DNA of 64,000 nucleotides from Candidatus Sumerlaeaceae bacterium (lineage in GTDB: Bacteria > Sumerlaeota > Sumerlaeia > Sumerlaeales > Sumerlaeaceae), in assembly GCA_051003195.1 (NCBI GenBank), contig JBPCLP010000025.1, positions 106,838-170,837 on the forward strand, read 5' to 3'. This document shows positions 47,429 to 58,408 of this stretch, piece after piece. Position 1 is the stretch's first letter. Each line of letters starts with the position of its first letter. The notes under the pieces are model-generated. The model saw only the letters and a list, made by a program, of their open reading frames with translations. It did not search any database and had not been told where the DNA came from. Position numbers and translations under genes: made by a program.

Positions 47429-48612
47429 GGACCTTCGATGACAAACACACTGCCGGCGCTGAGAATACCACTCACGACATTGCCAGGAGATCCGATAAAC
47501 AGCCGCTTTCCATCCGACGCCACCACATGGCCGAACCGGTCGCCCGGTGTGCTCTCCGGGTTTACAATGGTCAGAACCACCGCGCCGGTGCTTATGTCGA
47601 ACAGGTACGCTGCGCCGGCATCGACTCCGCCGAAATCGTCACCCGGTGCTCCCACCAGCAGGTATGACTTCCCGACAAACGCGACCGATGTCCCGAACAG
47701 GTCGCCGGTATCAGGTGAGGGATTATCGAACCGCACCGGTGCCGCGCCCGTGCTTAGATTGTACAAATACACCGCGCCGCTCGTCAGTTCACCGGGAGCC
47801 CCCACAGCCAGCAGCCTCTTGCTGGCTGCCAGCGCTGCACCAAACCGTGCACCGGGTCGGCGGCCGGGCTCCAATATCAAACCGAAATACTGGCGCGTGC
47901 GTGCATCATAAACATATGCTGCGCCTGCGTTCGCCCCTGCGGGAGCAATTTGTCCCGGCGCTCCCACGGCTATCACATTGCCGGACAGAAAGGCGAGCGC
48001 GCTTCCAAATTCCTGGTTCTGCGAGATACTGGCAGGAAAAAGAATGCTGACCGGTAAGGAGGTTTTCTGGTCAAAGACATAGACCGTGCCCGCGTTGGAC
48101 GTGACCGTGTCGTCTCCGGGCGCGCCCAGCGCGTACAGCTTTTTCCGAGCAGCGACGTCAGTTCCGAAATAATCCTGCGCGCTTAATGCCGGGTTCACAA
48201 ACGTGCGCTGATAATTGATAATTTTTAAGCTTACAAGATAGCCATAGCCCGAATCAATCAGGCTAAAATCACCCTGCGGTTCGCCGATTACGACACTACG
48301 GCCGGCAATGGCGAGCGCGGCACCGAATGAAGTAAAGGTATCCAGGCCGGTGCGGTTAATCAACTGTCGAAACGAAAGCAGCTTCGCATCATAAATGGAT
48401 ACGGAGCCGCCGCCTACCGTTGAGTTGCTGTCGTAAGGAGCACCAATCACCAGGTCCTTGCTGGTTACGGCAACCTCCGCGCCAAACTGGTCGAGCAAAC
48501 CTGGTTGAGGGTTATCTATCTTAAGAATAACGTCGCCCGGCAAAGCTGAAACATTTTGCTGCGCTGCAAAAACCAGCAGTACCAAAAAGCTGAAAAACTG
48601 AATCCGGATCAT
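47425..48612 (-). CDS. Secreted FG-GAP beta-propeller protein, paralog 2
   Basis: FG...GAP...GAAY repeats; signal peptide; GGGAGGG RBS. Confidence 0.88.
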   Translation of the reverse strand: MIRIQFFSFLVLLVFAAQQNVSALPGDVILKIDNPQPGLLDQFGAEVAVTSKDLVIGAPYDSNSTVGGGSVSIYDAKLLSFRQLINRTGLDTFTSFGAALAIAGRSVVIGEPQGDFSLIDSGYGYLVSLKIINYQRTFVNPALSAQDYFGTDVAARKKLYALGAPGDDTVTSNAGTVYVFDQKTSLPVSILFPASISQNQEFGSALAFLSGNVIAVGAPGQIAPAGANAGAAYVYDARTRQYFGLILEPGRRPGARFGAALAASKRLLAVGAPGELTSGAVYLYNLSTGAAPVRFDNPSPDTGDLFGTSVAFVGKSYLLVGAPGDDFGGVDAGAAYLFDISTGAVVLTIVNPESTPGDRFGHVVASDGKRLFIGSPGNVVSGILSAGSVFVIEGP

Positions 48613-48753
48613 GATTTCACCCTCCCGAGGCAAAAGCTCAGCACCACAGATTATCGTATCAAGATAGCAGTGTACGCGCCAGACATTCGCCAGACAAATG
48701 CTCTGCGACGGTTTTTGATGACAAGGACCCCTGCGACTGCACGACCTGCCTGA

Positions 48754-50025
48754 ATGTGGCGTGTACCCCTCAGCGACCTTAACTATGGTCCGGAAGAAGA
48801 AGCGGCGGTGCTTGATGTGCTGCGTTCCAGATGGCTAACGATGGGGCCACGAACCGAGGAGTTCGAGGCGCAAGTCGCGGCGTACCTTGATGTGAAACAC
48901 GCGATCGCAGTGGCGAATTGCACATGCGGACTGCACCTTGCTTACCAGCTGTTGCTGGCTGCTTCACACTCCTCCAGCAGCGTGGCTTCGACGTCGAGTG
49001 GCACCGCACGCAAGCCCGTGGTGCTCGTGCCGGACATTACATTTGTCGCCAGTAGCAACGCAGCCATCTCCTCCGGCGCGCGGCCGACGTTCTGCGATAT
49101 CATCGACCTGAAAACGCCAACTGCGCGCGCGACGCATGCCCAGGCTTTGATCGATAGCGCATCGGGCGCGGCGGCAATCTTTTGTCTCGTTCACTATGCG
49201 GGATTCGACGCGGGCACTGACGAATTTTTGAAGCTCAGCCGCGCGCGCGGCATGATGCTGGTGGAAGATGCGGCCCATGCCATTGGCGCCAGGAACTCCG
49301 CGGGCCAAATGCTTGGCACGATTGGCGACATAGGATGCTATTCCTTTTTTTCCAACAAGAACCTCGCAACTGGCGAAGGTGGATTACTGGTCACCAACAA
49401 TGACGACATTGCGACGGGACTGCGCCTGCTTCGCTCGCACGGAATGACGTCGCTTACTTACCAGCGCCATCGCAGTAAGTCGCACGGTTATGATGTGGTA
49501 TCCATCGGCCATAACTATCGATGCACCGAAATCATGGCAGCGCTCGGGATCGAGCAGCTTAAGAAACTCGACGCGGGGAACGAGCGCCGGCGACAGCTCT
49601 ATCGCCTATATTGCGAGGCTTTTGGCGATGAATCGCGCCTGCTCGTGCCTTTTGCGGAATCGACGGAAGCCATCGACCGCGCTGCATGCCACATCTTCCC
49701 GCTGGTGTGTGCAGGTGCGGGGCTGCGTGACCGAATTCGCGACGCACTAACGAATGCCGGTGTGCAAACTTCACACCACTATCCACCGGTGCATACCTTC
49801 AGTTACTATCGCAAAACAGTGGGCGGCGGCGTGCGAATACCCGAGATGCATGAGCTCGGCGATGGTTTTCCACCGGCGTGGGCCGGTGGTCGCGCAGCGT
49901 TCCCCCTCGCGGCATCCGTCCACTACGCGGCGCGCCAGATCACTCTTCCGCTGCACCCTAACCTGAAGAATTCCGAGCTCGAGGAAATTGTCTCCATCGT
50001 GCTTCGCACAGTGGCGGAATCTTAA
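48754..50025 (+). CDS. DegT/DnrJ/EryC1/StrS sugar aminotransferase
   Basis: VEDAAHA, SFFSNKNLATGEGG, GHNYR, LPLHP. Confidence 0.93.
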   Translation: MWRVPLSDLNYGPEEEAAVLDVLRSRWLTMGPRTEEFEAQVAAYLDVKHAIAVANCTCGLHLAYQLLLAASHSSSSVASTSSGTARKPVVLVPDITFVASSNAAISSGARPTFCDIIDLKTPTARATHAQALIDSASGAAAIFCLVHYAGFDAGTDEFLKLSRARGMMLVEDAAHAIGARNSAGQMLGTIGDIGCYSFFSNKNLATGEGGLLVTNNDDIATGLRLLRSHGMTSLTYQRHRSKSHGYDVVSIGHNYRCTEIMAALGIEQLKKLDAGNERRRQLYRLYCEAFGDESRLLVPFAESTEAIDRAACHIFPLVCAGAGLRDRIRDALTNAGVQTSHHYPPVHTFSYYRKTVGGGVRIPEMHELGDGFPPAWAGGRAAFPLAASVHYAARQITLPLHPNLKNSELEEIVSIVLRTVAES

Positions 50026-52529
50026 TGTCTAAATTCCTGGCATGCTGTTTTGCTCTCTTAATGACGATGTTGAATATTGCACCCGCGGCGGGCGCTGCAC
50101 CGCCGTGGCATACAATCGTCTGGAGCCGATCGACCGAATCCGAAAACCTCGCGGTGCTCGACCTGCAGCGGTACCTGGCGCAAGTCACCGGTACACTTCC
50201 AAAAATCCAATCGCTCACGGCATGGCGATCCAGCCCGGATCCTGCGCTTCTCGTCGGCTCGCCAGCTTCAAACGAATTCGTAAAGTCGCTCAGTCTCGAA
50301 AACGAGCTGACCTCGGCCGGCAAAGAGGGCTATGTCCTGGCGCGGCGAACTGTCCAAGGCCAGCCTGTCGTCATTGTGGCGGGGGCGACACCGGCGGGTG
50401 TGGTCAATGCGGTTTACGGGCTGCTACGCGAGCTGAACTATGGGTTCTACCTGGGAAGCGAAGCGATTCCGGCTTCCCTTCCAGACTCGCTTGCGAGCGA
50501 AACGATCGTCCGCTCTCCGGTATTGCGGGTGCGCGGAGTGCTCCCATGGTATAATTTCTTTAACAGCCCCACTACCTGGGAGTCTGAGGATCACCGCGCG
50601 CTCGTTGACCAGCTCATTCGCAGCGGAGCAAACTTTGTCGGGTTTCACAGTTACGATGTCGAGCCATTCGCAGCGTACAAGGACGAGGATGGGCGCACGA
50701 CGATGGGCGAGCGGCTGCTGAACACCTCCTCGCCCACATGGGGTACACGCGCCGTTCCGACGAAGGAGTTCGCTGGGGGAACCGAGAAACTTTTCGACCA
50801 GCCCTATTTCGGTGCCAACTCCACACTGACCTCCAGTACCCGGGAGGTCGCGATTTTGCGCGAGAAGGAAATCCTGCGCGACGCCCTCCACTACGCAAAT
50901 CGACGCGGTCTTCAGACGTGTCTCGGGTTCGAGGTTTCTTTGGACCCTACAGATCCCGCCGAATCCAATGCTTTCGCGGGGCGGCTGCGCGAGCTCCTGG
51001 AGTTTTACCCCATGCTCGACTACGTATGGCTATGGCAGCCCGAAACGCAGGGCGTCCAGGGCTACGGTGATTATCGCCAGCACATCCTGCCGGGCAAGCT
51101 CGCGCCGAACAGCAAACTTCCAGAGCTGGGTCGTAACCGCACGGAGGTGTTCAAGCGCGTGGTCGAGCGTACGGCCGGCGAGCGTCCGTTCCTGCAGGAA
51201 ACAACGGCCGGTAAATCCGCACGCGCAATGGAAGGAGCCCGGCTCGAACAATACGCGCTGCATGCTCTCTCCATTATGAAATCCCACGCGAATCCGCGCA
51301 CACGACTTGTTATTTCGGGATGGGGTGGCGATGAACGCCTGCTTTCGGCGGAATATTACCATGGTCTCGACAAGCTGCTGCCGAAGAGCGTCGTGTTCGC
51401 GTCGCTCGATCATATCGCTCCGCGTACTCGAATCGATCGCATCTACCACGAACTACCACCCGACCGCGAACGCTGGCCGATCCCGTGGCTTGAGAACGAC
51501 GGCGATGAGTGGCACCCGCAACCTTATGTGCACACGTACGAAGGCCTTATGCGCGACCTCCTGCAGTCTGGCAGCCAGGGCGTGCTGGGGATCCACTGGC
51601 GCACGCGCGATCTGGAGGAGAACTTCGGCTATTTGATGGCCGCCGCGTGGAACCCTGGACTTACTGCACGCGAGTACTTCCAGGATCTTGCCCGCCGTTG
51701 TTATTCGTCGCAAATAGCCGCAGACATGGCGGAGATTCATGTACAGCTCGATGCGCTGGGATACCGCTGGGTGGGGGGGGCAGGCCAGGTAGAATGTGGG
51801 AACTTCGGATGGGGCCCAGGCATTGATGAGAAAGCAGCGCAACTCCACAACATCCGCAAACTGTGTACTGAACTTCTTCCGAGGGCGGGCAACGGCAGTG
51901 CTCGTCTGCAGTGGCTGATTGACTGCATGAACTGGAGTCTGAGCTACCGTAACGCGGAACTTGCTGCCACGCGAGCCGGGGAGCTGCTCACCCGCGCTGC
52001 CGCCGAGTCTACACAATCGCGCGAGCTCGCGGCCGATGCCCTGGCAGTTCTATCTTCAAACACACTTGAGAACGCGTTGCAGGCATACGCACGACGTCTC
52101 AGCACCCGCGGCGAATACGGCGTGCTGGCAACCATCAACTGCAAAGCAATGCCGGCCTGGCGCGACTTAGTCACCCGAGCACAAGAACTCGCCGCCCATG
52201 AAGACGTCTCCAGTTCCTCTTCTACCTGGACCGTAGATCCAAAAATCGTGGTTCCACGTTTTCATTCCACTGCGTTCGCTGGCGAGCCGCTTGTCATCAA
52301 ATCACTCGTGCTTGGGGATCGGCCTGCGTTCGCACATGTTCGCCAACTCGGCCAGCAGACATGGTCATCACGGCCTCTCACCAAAAGTACAGGGCAGGTT
52401 TATCGCTTTGAAATACCCGCCACTTCCGTGCGTTCACCGGGCCTGCAGATTGGATTTTCCTTTTCAGAGGACCATGCCGAGGCTATGTCCTGGGGGCCGA
52501 TTGCGATTACGGTGCTTCCCCGCAAATAG
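50025..52529 (+). CDS. Secreted protein with GH67/GH20-like N-terminal domain, putative glycosidase
   Basis: Signal peptide; DLQRYLAQVTG, EGYVL, GVVNAVYGLLRE, VRGVLPW. Confidence 0.6.
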   Translation: MSKFLACCFALLMTMLNIAPAAGAAPPWHTIVWSRSTESENLAVLDLQRYLAQVTGTLPKIQSLTAWRSSPDPALLVGSPASNEFVKSLSLENELTSAGKEGYVLARRTVQGQPVVIVAGATPAGVVNAVYGLLRELNYGFYLGSEAIPASLPDSLASETIVRSPVLRVRGVLPWYNFFNSPTTWESEDHRALVDQLIRSGANFVGFHSYDVEPFAAYKDEDGRTTMGERLLNTSSPTWGTRAVPTKEFAGGTEKLFDQPYFGANSTLTSSTREVAILREKEILRDALHYANRRGLQTCLGFEVSLDPTDPAESNAFAGRLRELLEFYPMLDYVWLWQPETQGVQGYGDYRQHILPGKLAPNSKLPELGRNRTEVFKRVVERTAGERPFLQETTAGKSARAMEGARLEQYALHALSIMKSHANPRTRLVISGWGGDERLLSAEYYHGLDKLLPKSVVFASLDHIAPRTRIDRIYHELPPDRERWPIPWLENDGDEWHPQPYVHTYEGLMRDLLQSGSQGVLGIHWRTRDLEENFGYLMAAAWNPGLTAREYFQDLARRCYSSQIAADMAEIHVQLDALGYRWVGGAGQVECGNFGWGPGIDEKAAQLHNIRKLCTELLPRAGNGSARLQWLIDCMNWSLSYRNAELAATRAGELLTRAAAESTQSRELAADALAVLSSNTLENALQAYARRLSTRGEYGVLATINCKAMPAWRDLVTRAQELAAHEDVSSSSSTWTVDPKIVVPRFHSTAFAGEPLVIKSLVLGDRPAFAHVRQLGQQTWSSRPLTKSTGQVYRFEIPATSVRSPGLQIGFSFSEDHAEAMSWGPIAITVLPRK

Positions 52530-52608
52530 CCAGCTTCGCCGGGCTTTCACCGTTGTGTAGTTTCTTATTGGTTTACAGGGCGCCCGGGCACCCCGACCGT
52601 GGCGACCC

Positions 52609-53307
52609 GTGAAGCTGTCCGTCATCATTCCGTGCTACAACGAGGCGCGCACGCTGTCGACTGTTCTGGATGCGGTGAGGCGCGTGCCCATCGACAAGGA
52701 GATTATCGTTGTCGATGGGAACTCGAACGACGGCAGCCGTGAAATCCTCGAGCGCGAAGCAGCCGCAGGCGACCTTCGTCCCATTTACCAGCGGGATAAG
52801 AACGGCCGTGGGGGAGCCCTGCGCGAAGGCATCACGGCGGCCACAGGGGACGTGCTAGTCTTCCAGGATGCGGACCTCGAACTTGATCCGGCCTGCTTCC
52901 CGAAACTGCTCGCGCCCATTTCAGCGGGCCAGGCGGATATCGTCTTTGGCTCGCGCTTTCTCACCGGACGGCCTGACATGACGTTCCTCCAGTACTGGGG
53001 CAACAAGACGGTGAACTGGACACTCAATCTTCTTTGGGGGACACGGCTTACGGATGTTGAGACGTGCTACCAGATGTTCCGCCGCTCGACTGTGGACGGT
53101 ATGAGCTTCGACCGCAACGATATGTCCTTCACGGTGGAACTCACCCTGCGGCTGGTCCGGAGCAGGCATTGTATTGTGGAAGTGCCAATCACTTATAATC
53201 CGCGCAGCCACGCGGAAGGGAAAAAGCTCTACTGGTCCGACGGCTTTATTTCGCTGTGGGTGCTGGTCCGTTACCGTGTATTGTGGTGGCTGCACCGTGA
53301 GTCTTAA
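52609..53307 (+). CDS. GT2 glycosyltransferase (DPM1-like)
   Basis: LSVIIPCYNE, VVDGNSNDGS, QDADLE, GSRF, TDVETCY, EGKK. Confidence 0.93.
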   Translation: MKLSVIIPCYNEARTLSTVLDAVRRVPIDKEIIVVDGNSNDGSREILEREAAAGDLRPIYQRDKNGRGGALREGITAATGDVLVFQDADLELDPACFPKLLAPISAGQADIVFGSRFLTGRPDMTFLQYWGNKTVNWTLNLLWGTRLTDVETCYQMFRRSTVDGMSFDRNDMSFTVELTLRLVRSRHCIVEVPITYNPRSHAEGKKLYWSDGFISLWVLVRYRVLWWLHRES

Positions 53308-53370
53308 TCCAGGTTCCGGGAATGCACTTTGCGCCTTGGCATCTGTTCATACCCATAGAATTGTTGCGGT

Positions 53371-53817
53371 ATGAATCTCCCCACAGAACTTCGTACCGCT
53401 GCGTGGTTTTACTCGCAGAACCCGGAAAATGGCCCCGCGCGTATGCGCTTCGAAGATCAGCTGGCGGCCAACGCCCACCCAGCTATCCTCGTTCGCCTGA
53501 CCGACCAGTTTGCCACTCTGCCCGCGGTCGCGATCCCCGCCCTGCAGCGCCTGGTCGATCTCTCGCCGAATAACGTGGGGTACCTTGCGCGGCTGGGCAT
53601 TTCCCACTATATGGCAGGCGAAGACGACAAGGCTACCTCGTGCCTCAACCGTGCGCGCGAGATCCTGCCGGACGATCTCGAAGTGCTGAACCTGGCGGCG
53701 ACCCTGGCGCGCGATGATGACAGCAAGCGTGCCGTCTACGCCCGCATGCTCGAGCTCTACCCAGACCATAGGGCCGCTTTCGAAAACCTGGTGGTTTTGC
53801 GTAAACCCGAAGAGTAG
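53371..53817 (+). CDS. Tetratricopeptide repeat protein
   Basis: DLSPNN..YLARLG, EILPDD, ELYPDH TPR-like units. Confidence 0.7.
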   Translation: MNLPTELRTAAWFYSQNPENGPARMRFEDQLAANAHPAILVRLTDQFATLPAVAIPALQRLVDLSPNNVGYLARLGISHYMAGEDDKATSCLNRAREILPDDLEVLNLAATLARDDDSKRAVYARMLELYPDHRAAFENLVVLRKPEE

Positions 53818-54276
53818 GCCAACGGCGCGGATCCGTTCATGTGCGCTCGACGACTGTGATTACTGCGGTTAGGCGCTTTATCCCAGGCTTCAACGCTAGC
53901 AATGTTATAAACCCTTATAAATCAGTAGCTTGCAGAAGGCGGGAAATATTTGGCGTGCGTGCTGTGCAATTTTCTGAGTGTGATACGGGGGTCATGCGGA
54001 ACGAGTTTCTGCGCCCTGTCGCCGGCTCACGTGAAGTTTGCGCACGAAGCGCTTAACCCCAGCAGCAGCAGGGTGTTAGGTCGTTATCAAAATAATTGAA
54101 CAAACGTTCTTTTGTATTTTCTACATTACTATGATCACTAGACTTATGGGCCTCGAATTTTGGGCGGGCGTTGGCCAATGTTAAATTTCCGTACCTCATC
54201 ACGGTATTTATGTTTGCTCAAGTCGCAGGACTGAAGACGCTCTTTGGCAAGCTTCACGAGGAGTTCGAGGCGAAAC

Positions 54277-55548
54277 ATGACCACTGAAAACATCCGCAAG
54301 ATTGTTCTCCCCAATGGAGTTCGCATCGTGCTCGAACGTATCCCCTACGTTCGTAGCGCGTCCGTCGGATTGTGGTTGGATGTGGGCAGCCGTAACGAAC
54401 AGGAGCCCGAGGGTGGGCTGTCGCATTTCATCGAGCACATGTTCTTTAAGGGCACTTCCACCAAGAACGCGTATCAGCTGAGCAACGAAATGAATTTCAT
54501 CGGCGGTAACGTCAACGCCTTCACTACCCAGGAAAACATTTGTCTGAGCGCAAAGGTGGTCGACGAGAACCTTTCACGCGCCATTGACCTGCTTTACGAG
54601 ATGTACCGCGACAGCATTTTCGACCCCGAGGAGATCGAGCGCGAGCGCAACGTGATTCTCGAAGAAGTGAAAATGTACGATGACACGCCCGACGAGCTGG
54701 TGGTCGACGTCTTCATGGATCACCTGTATGCGGGCAATCCGCTCGGGCGGCCCATTCTCGGCAGCGAGACTAACATACGTAATTTCAAGCAGTCGGATAT
54801 CCAGAAGTTCGCGGGTAAGGAATTCGCGCCGGACCGGATCGTCATCTCGATTGCCGGCAACTTCGACTTGCGTCGTGTCGAGCCGCAGCTGCGCCGGCTG
54901 TTTGACCCGATTTCGCCAAACGGCTGGGAACGCAATCCTATCATTCATCCGACACCTGCGTACAAGAGCCACAACGTGGATCGCAAGCTGGAGCAGGTGC
55001 ACTTCTGCATGGGTACCGACGCGCCGGATCGCACCAACGACGACAGGTTTGCGTTCGCCATTCTTAACACCGTTCTTGGCGGAGGCACCTCTTCACGGAT
55101 TTTTCAGGAGGTACGCGAGAAGCGCGGCCTGGCCTATTCCATCGGCACGTTCGATATTTCGTTCAAGGACAGCGGCTGCTTTGCGGTAAGTGGCGGCTCC
55201 AGCCCGCGCAATATTGGCAAGGTCCTGGATCTGTGCCTTGCCGAGGTGAAGCGCATCTACACGGACTATGTAACTGAGGAAGAGGTCCAGAGTGCCAAAG
55301 AGCAGATCAAATCGTCCATCGTGCTCGGTATGGAGAACAGTTCCAACCGCATGAGCCGCCTGGCCGAGTGCGAGATCTATTTCGGTGAGTACGTTCCGGT
55401 CGACTACGTTCTCGAGCGGGTGAACAAGATCTCGGTGGAAGATGTGCGCGCGGTTTCTGAGAAATACCTCAAGGATCGGCCGATTACGTTCGCAGGCATT
55501 GGCCCGGAGAAGAAATTCGAGCCATACCTGGCGGGGCTGGCGTTCTAG
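54277..55548 (+). CDS. M16 family zinc peptidase
   Basis: LPNGVRI, HFIEHMFFKGT (HxxEH), NAFT, SSRIFQEVREKRGLAY. Confidence 0.95.
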   Translation: MTTENIRKIVLPNGVRIVLERIPYVRSASVGLWLDVGSRNEQEPEGGLSHFIEHMFFKGTSTKNAYQLSNEMNFIGGNVNAFTTQENICLSAKVVDENLSRAIDLLYEMYRDSIFDPEEIERERNVILEEVKMYDDTPDELVVDVFMDHLYAGNPLGRPILGSETNIRNFKQSDIQKFAGKEFAPDRIVISIAGNFDLRRVEPQLRRLFDPISPNGWERNPIIHPTPAYKSHNVDRKLEQVHFCMGTDAPDRTNDDRFAFAILNTVLGGGTSSRIFQEVREKRGLAYSIGTFDISFKDSGCFAVSGGSSPRNIGKVLDLCLAEVKRIYTDYVTEEEVQSAKEQIKSSIVLGMENSSNRMSRLAECEIYFGEYVPVDYVLERVNKISVEDVRAVSEKYLKDRPITFAGIGPEKKFEPYLAGLAF

Positions 55549-55750
55549 TCCGCTGTCGTGCAACAAACTTACGTCTACGACTTTGCTCCTGACGTGGGCA
55601 AACCCCACCCCAGCGCCAGCGCGACCCCCAGAATGAATTCGGAGCAATATCACCGTAAGAACACCTGCCTGAAGCAGGTGAACGCCGCGATCGGTGTGAA
55701 ACCCAGCCTCAAGTGCTGGATGGAACTGAACTAGGGCGCAGAACCTGGCA

Positions 55751-56473
55751 GTGCCTGCAAAACGCTCCCGCTACGACGTTCCGGAAAATTCACAAACTCA
55801 ATTCCAGCCGGGATCTAACGATCAGGTCCTGCTAAACCTGCTCGGTATCACTTCTGCCGTGGTCATGGACCGCCTTGAGGCAAGGTCGCTCCTCGAGGCG
55901 CAGGAGTACTTCCTCACCAATGTGATAACAGAAGACACGCGCTTCACGGCCGAACTCCTTTGCAGCATGCACCGGCACTGGCTTGGCAGAATCTATCCAT
56001 GGGCAGGTCAATACCGAATGGTAAACCTGTCGAAGGACAATTTCCAGTGGCCACCGTATGGTAACGTACCAAAAGGCATGCGAGCCCTTGAAGAAGGACT
56101 TCTGCGTCAACATACGCCCTGTACCTCCGCACCTGTTCCCGAACTGGCGCGCCGGCTCGCGGAAGTCCACGCGGAACTCCTGCTCGTTCATCCATTCCGC
56201 GAGGGGAATGGCCGCATTGCACGATGGCTTATCGATCTTATGGCGCTACAAGCGGGATATCCACTGATGGTTTACCGCTTTTCCGGCCCGCGAATGAAGC
56301 AGTTCAAGGCAGAGTACATCCACGCGGTGCGCCTTGGTTATGCGATGGACTTTGAAGCCTTGGCGGCCTTCTTCGAAACACGGCTGGAAGATGCCTTGCG
56401 CACCACGCGCCGCGCTGCCGAATTCCCGGGCCGACGCAAACCACGCGCGCCTTCCACGACCGAAGACTCGTAG
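55751..56473 (+). CDS. Fic family AMP-transferase toxin
   Basis: Canonical HPFREGNGRIAR; IYPWAGQYR.VNLSK. Confidence 0.93.
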   Translation: MPAKRSRYDVPENSQTQFQPGSNDQVLLNLLGITSAVVMDRLEARSLLEAQEYFLTNVITEDTRFTAELLCSMHRHWLGRIYPWAGQYRMVNLSKDNFQWPPYGNVPKGMRALEEGLLRQHTPCTSAPVPELARRLAEVHAELLLVHPFREGNGRIARWLIDLMALQAGYPLMVYRFSGPRMKQFKAEYIHAVRLGYAMDFEALAAFFETRLEDALRTTRRAAEFPGRRKPRAPSTTEDS

Positions 56474-56550
56474 ACGTTGTTTGCAAGCAGGCGCATGCGA
56501 ACTGTCTTGCTCGAGATGTAGACGTTGGTTGCTGCCAGCGTTTTCTTCAT
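56338..56550 (-). CDS. Putative Fic antitoxin with SxxxEG motif, antisense overlap
   Basis: Strong AAGGAG RBS; YESSVVEG matches (S/T)xxxE(G/N). Confidence 0.6.
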   Translation of the reverse strand: MKKTLAATNVYISSKTVRMRLLANNVYESSVVEGARGLRRPGNSAARRVVRKASSSRVSKKAAKASKSIA

Positions 56551-56891
56551 CGAATCTCCTTACAGCCACGTACCTCTGCAATTCGCATGCTGGATAAGTG
56601 CTCTACCCGTAGATTTCGGCTTGTCAAACGCTGATCCGGCAACCCGGTTCGCATGACTTCCGAAGGCAGCCGACAGGAACACCAGGACAACCAACCAGCT
56701 CCGCCAGATCAGGATTTCGGCTTTAAATCGGGGAGGTAAATCGGGGAGTTTCCCCAATTATTTTCATGCATCCCGGTTCATCTTACAATACCGCAAGCTG
56801 GGCAGAATCACGCACACAACCCAAGGCTTTTCTGATTCTCTAAACACATCGCACTTGCAAATCGCATCAGCGGCGGCTTGAACGCGGATCC

Positions 56892-58400
56892 ATGCTCTTT
56901 CGTTCCTTCGCCTGCCGTTGGGCAGCCACCTCGATTTGCCTGTGCCTGGTTCTCCTCGGCAGTTCCGCCCTGGCCCAGCCACCCTCCAACTTCGACACGC
57001 AGAACGTTCAGCCGAATACATCCCAGCCCACGAGATCGGTTCGGCCGGATAACACCCATGACGCGAAGACGACGGACACAAAGCCATCCGCTGAGGAGAA
57101 GCCGCACGTCTTCGAACCCGTAACCTGGGGGCCGAACAACGAATATAAGCTGCAGTTTGGGGGCGACACGCGGTTACGGCTGGAAGATCGTCATAACTAC
57201 GATCTTCGCGATGAGACCGGCGACAATGACAAGCTTGGGTTCCTGCGAACCCGGCTGAACTGGGATCTGAAGTACGGCGAATTCCAGCGCGCCTTCCTGG
57301 AACTGGTAGACGCCCGCGAGATTGACGCGCGCGAATTTCAGGGGCAGGAAAATTACGTCGATCTGCACCAGCTGTTCTTCGAGTTCAAAGATCCCTGCAA
57401 AGGACCGTGGGGTATTCGCGCTGGTCGACAGGAAATGGAACTCGGGCGCGACCGTAGATTGTTAGAGGCTTCCAACTGGGTCAATCTTCGCCGCAGGTAC
57501 GACGGCGCACGGCTGACGTACCGCACGGAAGATCTCGACGCCGACATCTTCCTCGTACAGCCCAACTACTACGAGTTCCGCCGCGGCGATCGGGTCTACA
57601 CGTCGCGCGGTCGCCGACGTACGGAGGAGTTCTTCTACGGCAGCTACTTTACCCTGAAGCAGTTTAAGCCCCATACCATCGAGGCATATTTCCTGGGCTT
57701 AAGCGACAGAGAGGATCATCGTACGTTCCCGCGTCCCGTTCGCAGCGAGGATGGCGTCTTTGGGTCAACAGATCGCTACACCGTGGGTTCGGCGATGTAC
57801 GGGCCGCTGTGGAAACGGGAGGGCTGCGGCACTCTGAGCTACGGAATGGAAGGCGCCTACCAGTTCGGGCATCGCAGTACCGACCAGATCCGCGCATGGA
57901 TGCTGCACGGGGATGTGAACTACCAATGGGAGCGGCCATGGAAACCGAAGTTCTCACTGATCGGAAACCTCGCCAGCGGTGACCGCCGCGCTGAAGACGG
58001 GCAGGCCAACACATTCAGCCCGCTGTTCGGCGCCAGCCACTCACCCTACGGAATTATTGACCTGGTTCGGCTGCAGAATCTACGGGAACTCGCGTTGGTC
58101 GGCAGCGTCGAACCCACTGACAAGCTGAAGGCGCAGCTGGAGTTTCACCGCTTCTGGCTGGACTCCAAAACCGACTCGTGGTACGATGGTCGGGGTACTT
58201 CGCTTGGTCGCGATGTGAACGGGCGTTCCGGGCGCGGGTTGGGGCAGGAACTCGCCGGCATCGTCACTTATAAGCTGACAAAATTCGTCACGCTGGAGGC
58301 AGGTGCCGCTCACTTTTTCGCGAATGGCGATTTTGCCAGTAACGTAAACCGTAACGACGGAGCAAATCTGCTGTACGTTCAGACCAGTATCAGCTTTTAG
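56892..58400 (+). CDS. Alginate export (AlgE-like) outer-membrane beta-barrel
   Basis: Signal peptide; RLRLE, RAGRQEM, YDGARL, ASGD, LGQEL, terminal Phe. Confidence 0.85.
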   Translation: MLFRSFACRWAATSICLCLVLLGSSALAQPPSNFDTQNVQPNTSQPTRSVRPDNTHDAKTTDTKPSAEEKPHVFEPVTWGPNNEYKLQFGGDTRLRLEDRHNYDLRDETGDNDKLGFLRTRLNWDLKYGEFQRAFLELVDAREIDAREFQGQENYVDLHQLFFEFKDPCKGPWGIRAGRQEMELGRDRRLLEASNWVNLRRRYDGARLTYRTEDLDADIFLVQPNYYEFRRGDRVYTSRGRRRTEEFFYGSYFTLKQFKPHTIEAYFLGLSDREDHRTFPRPVRSEDGVFGSTDRYTVGSAMYGPLWKREGCGTLSYGMEGAYQFGHRSTDQIRAWMLHGDVNYQWERPWKPKFSLIGNLASGDRRAEDGQANTFSPLFGASHSPYGIIDLVRLQNLRELALVGSVEPTDKLKAQLEFHRFWLDSKTDSWYDGRGTSLGRDVNGRSGRGLGQELAGIVTYKLTKFVTLEAGAAHFFANGDFASNVNRNDGANLLYVQTSISF

Positions 58401-58408
58401 CGGATCCA

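Noticed and set aside
54160..54190. dif-like ATGTTAAAT
   Set aside because: Only a partial XerD arm, with no XerC arm.
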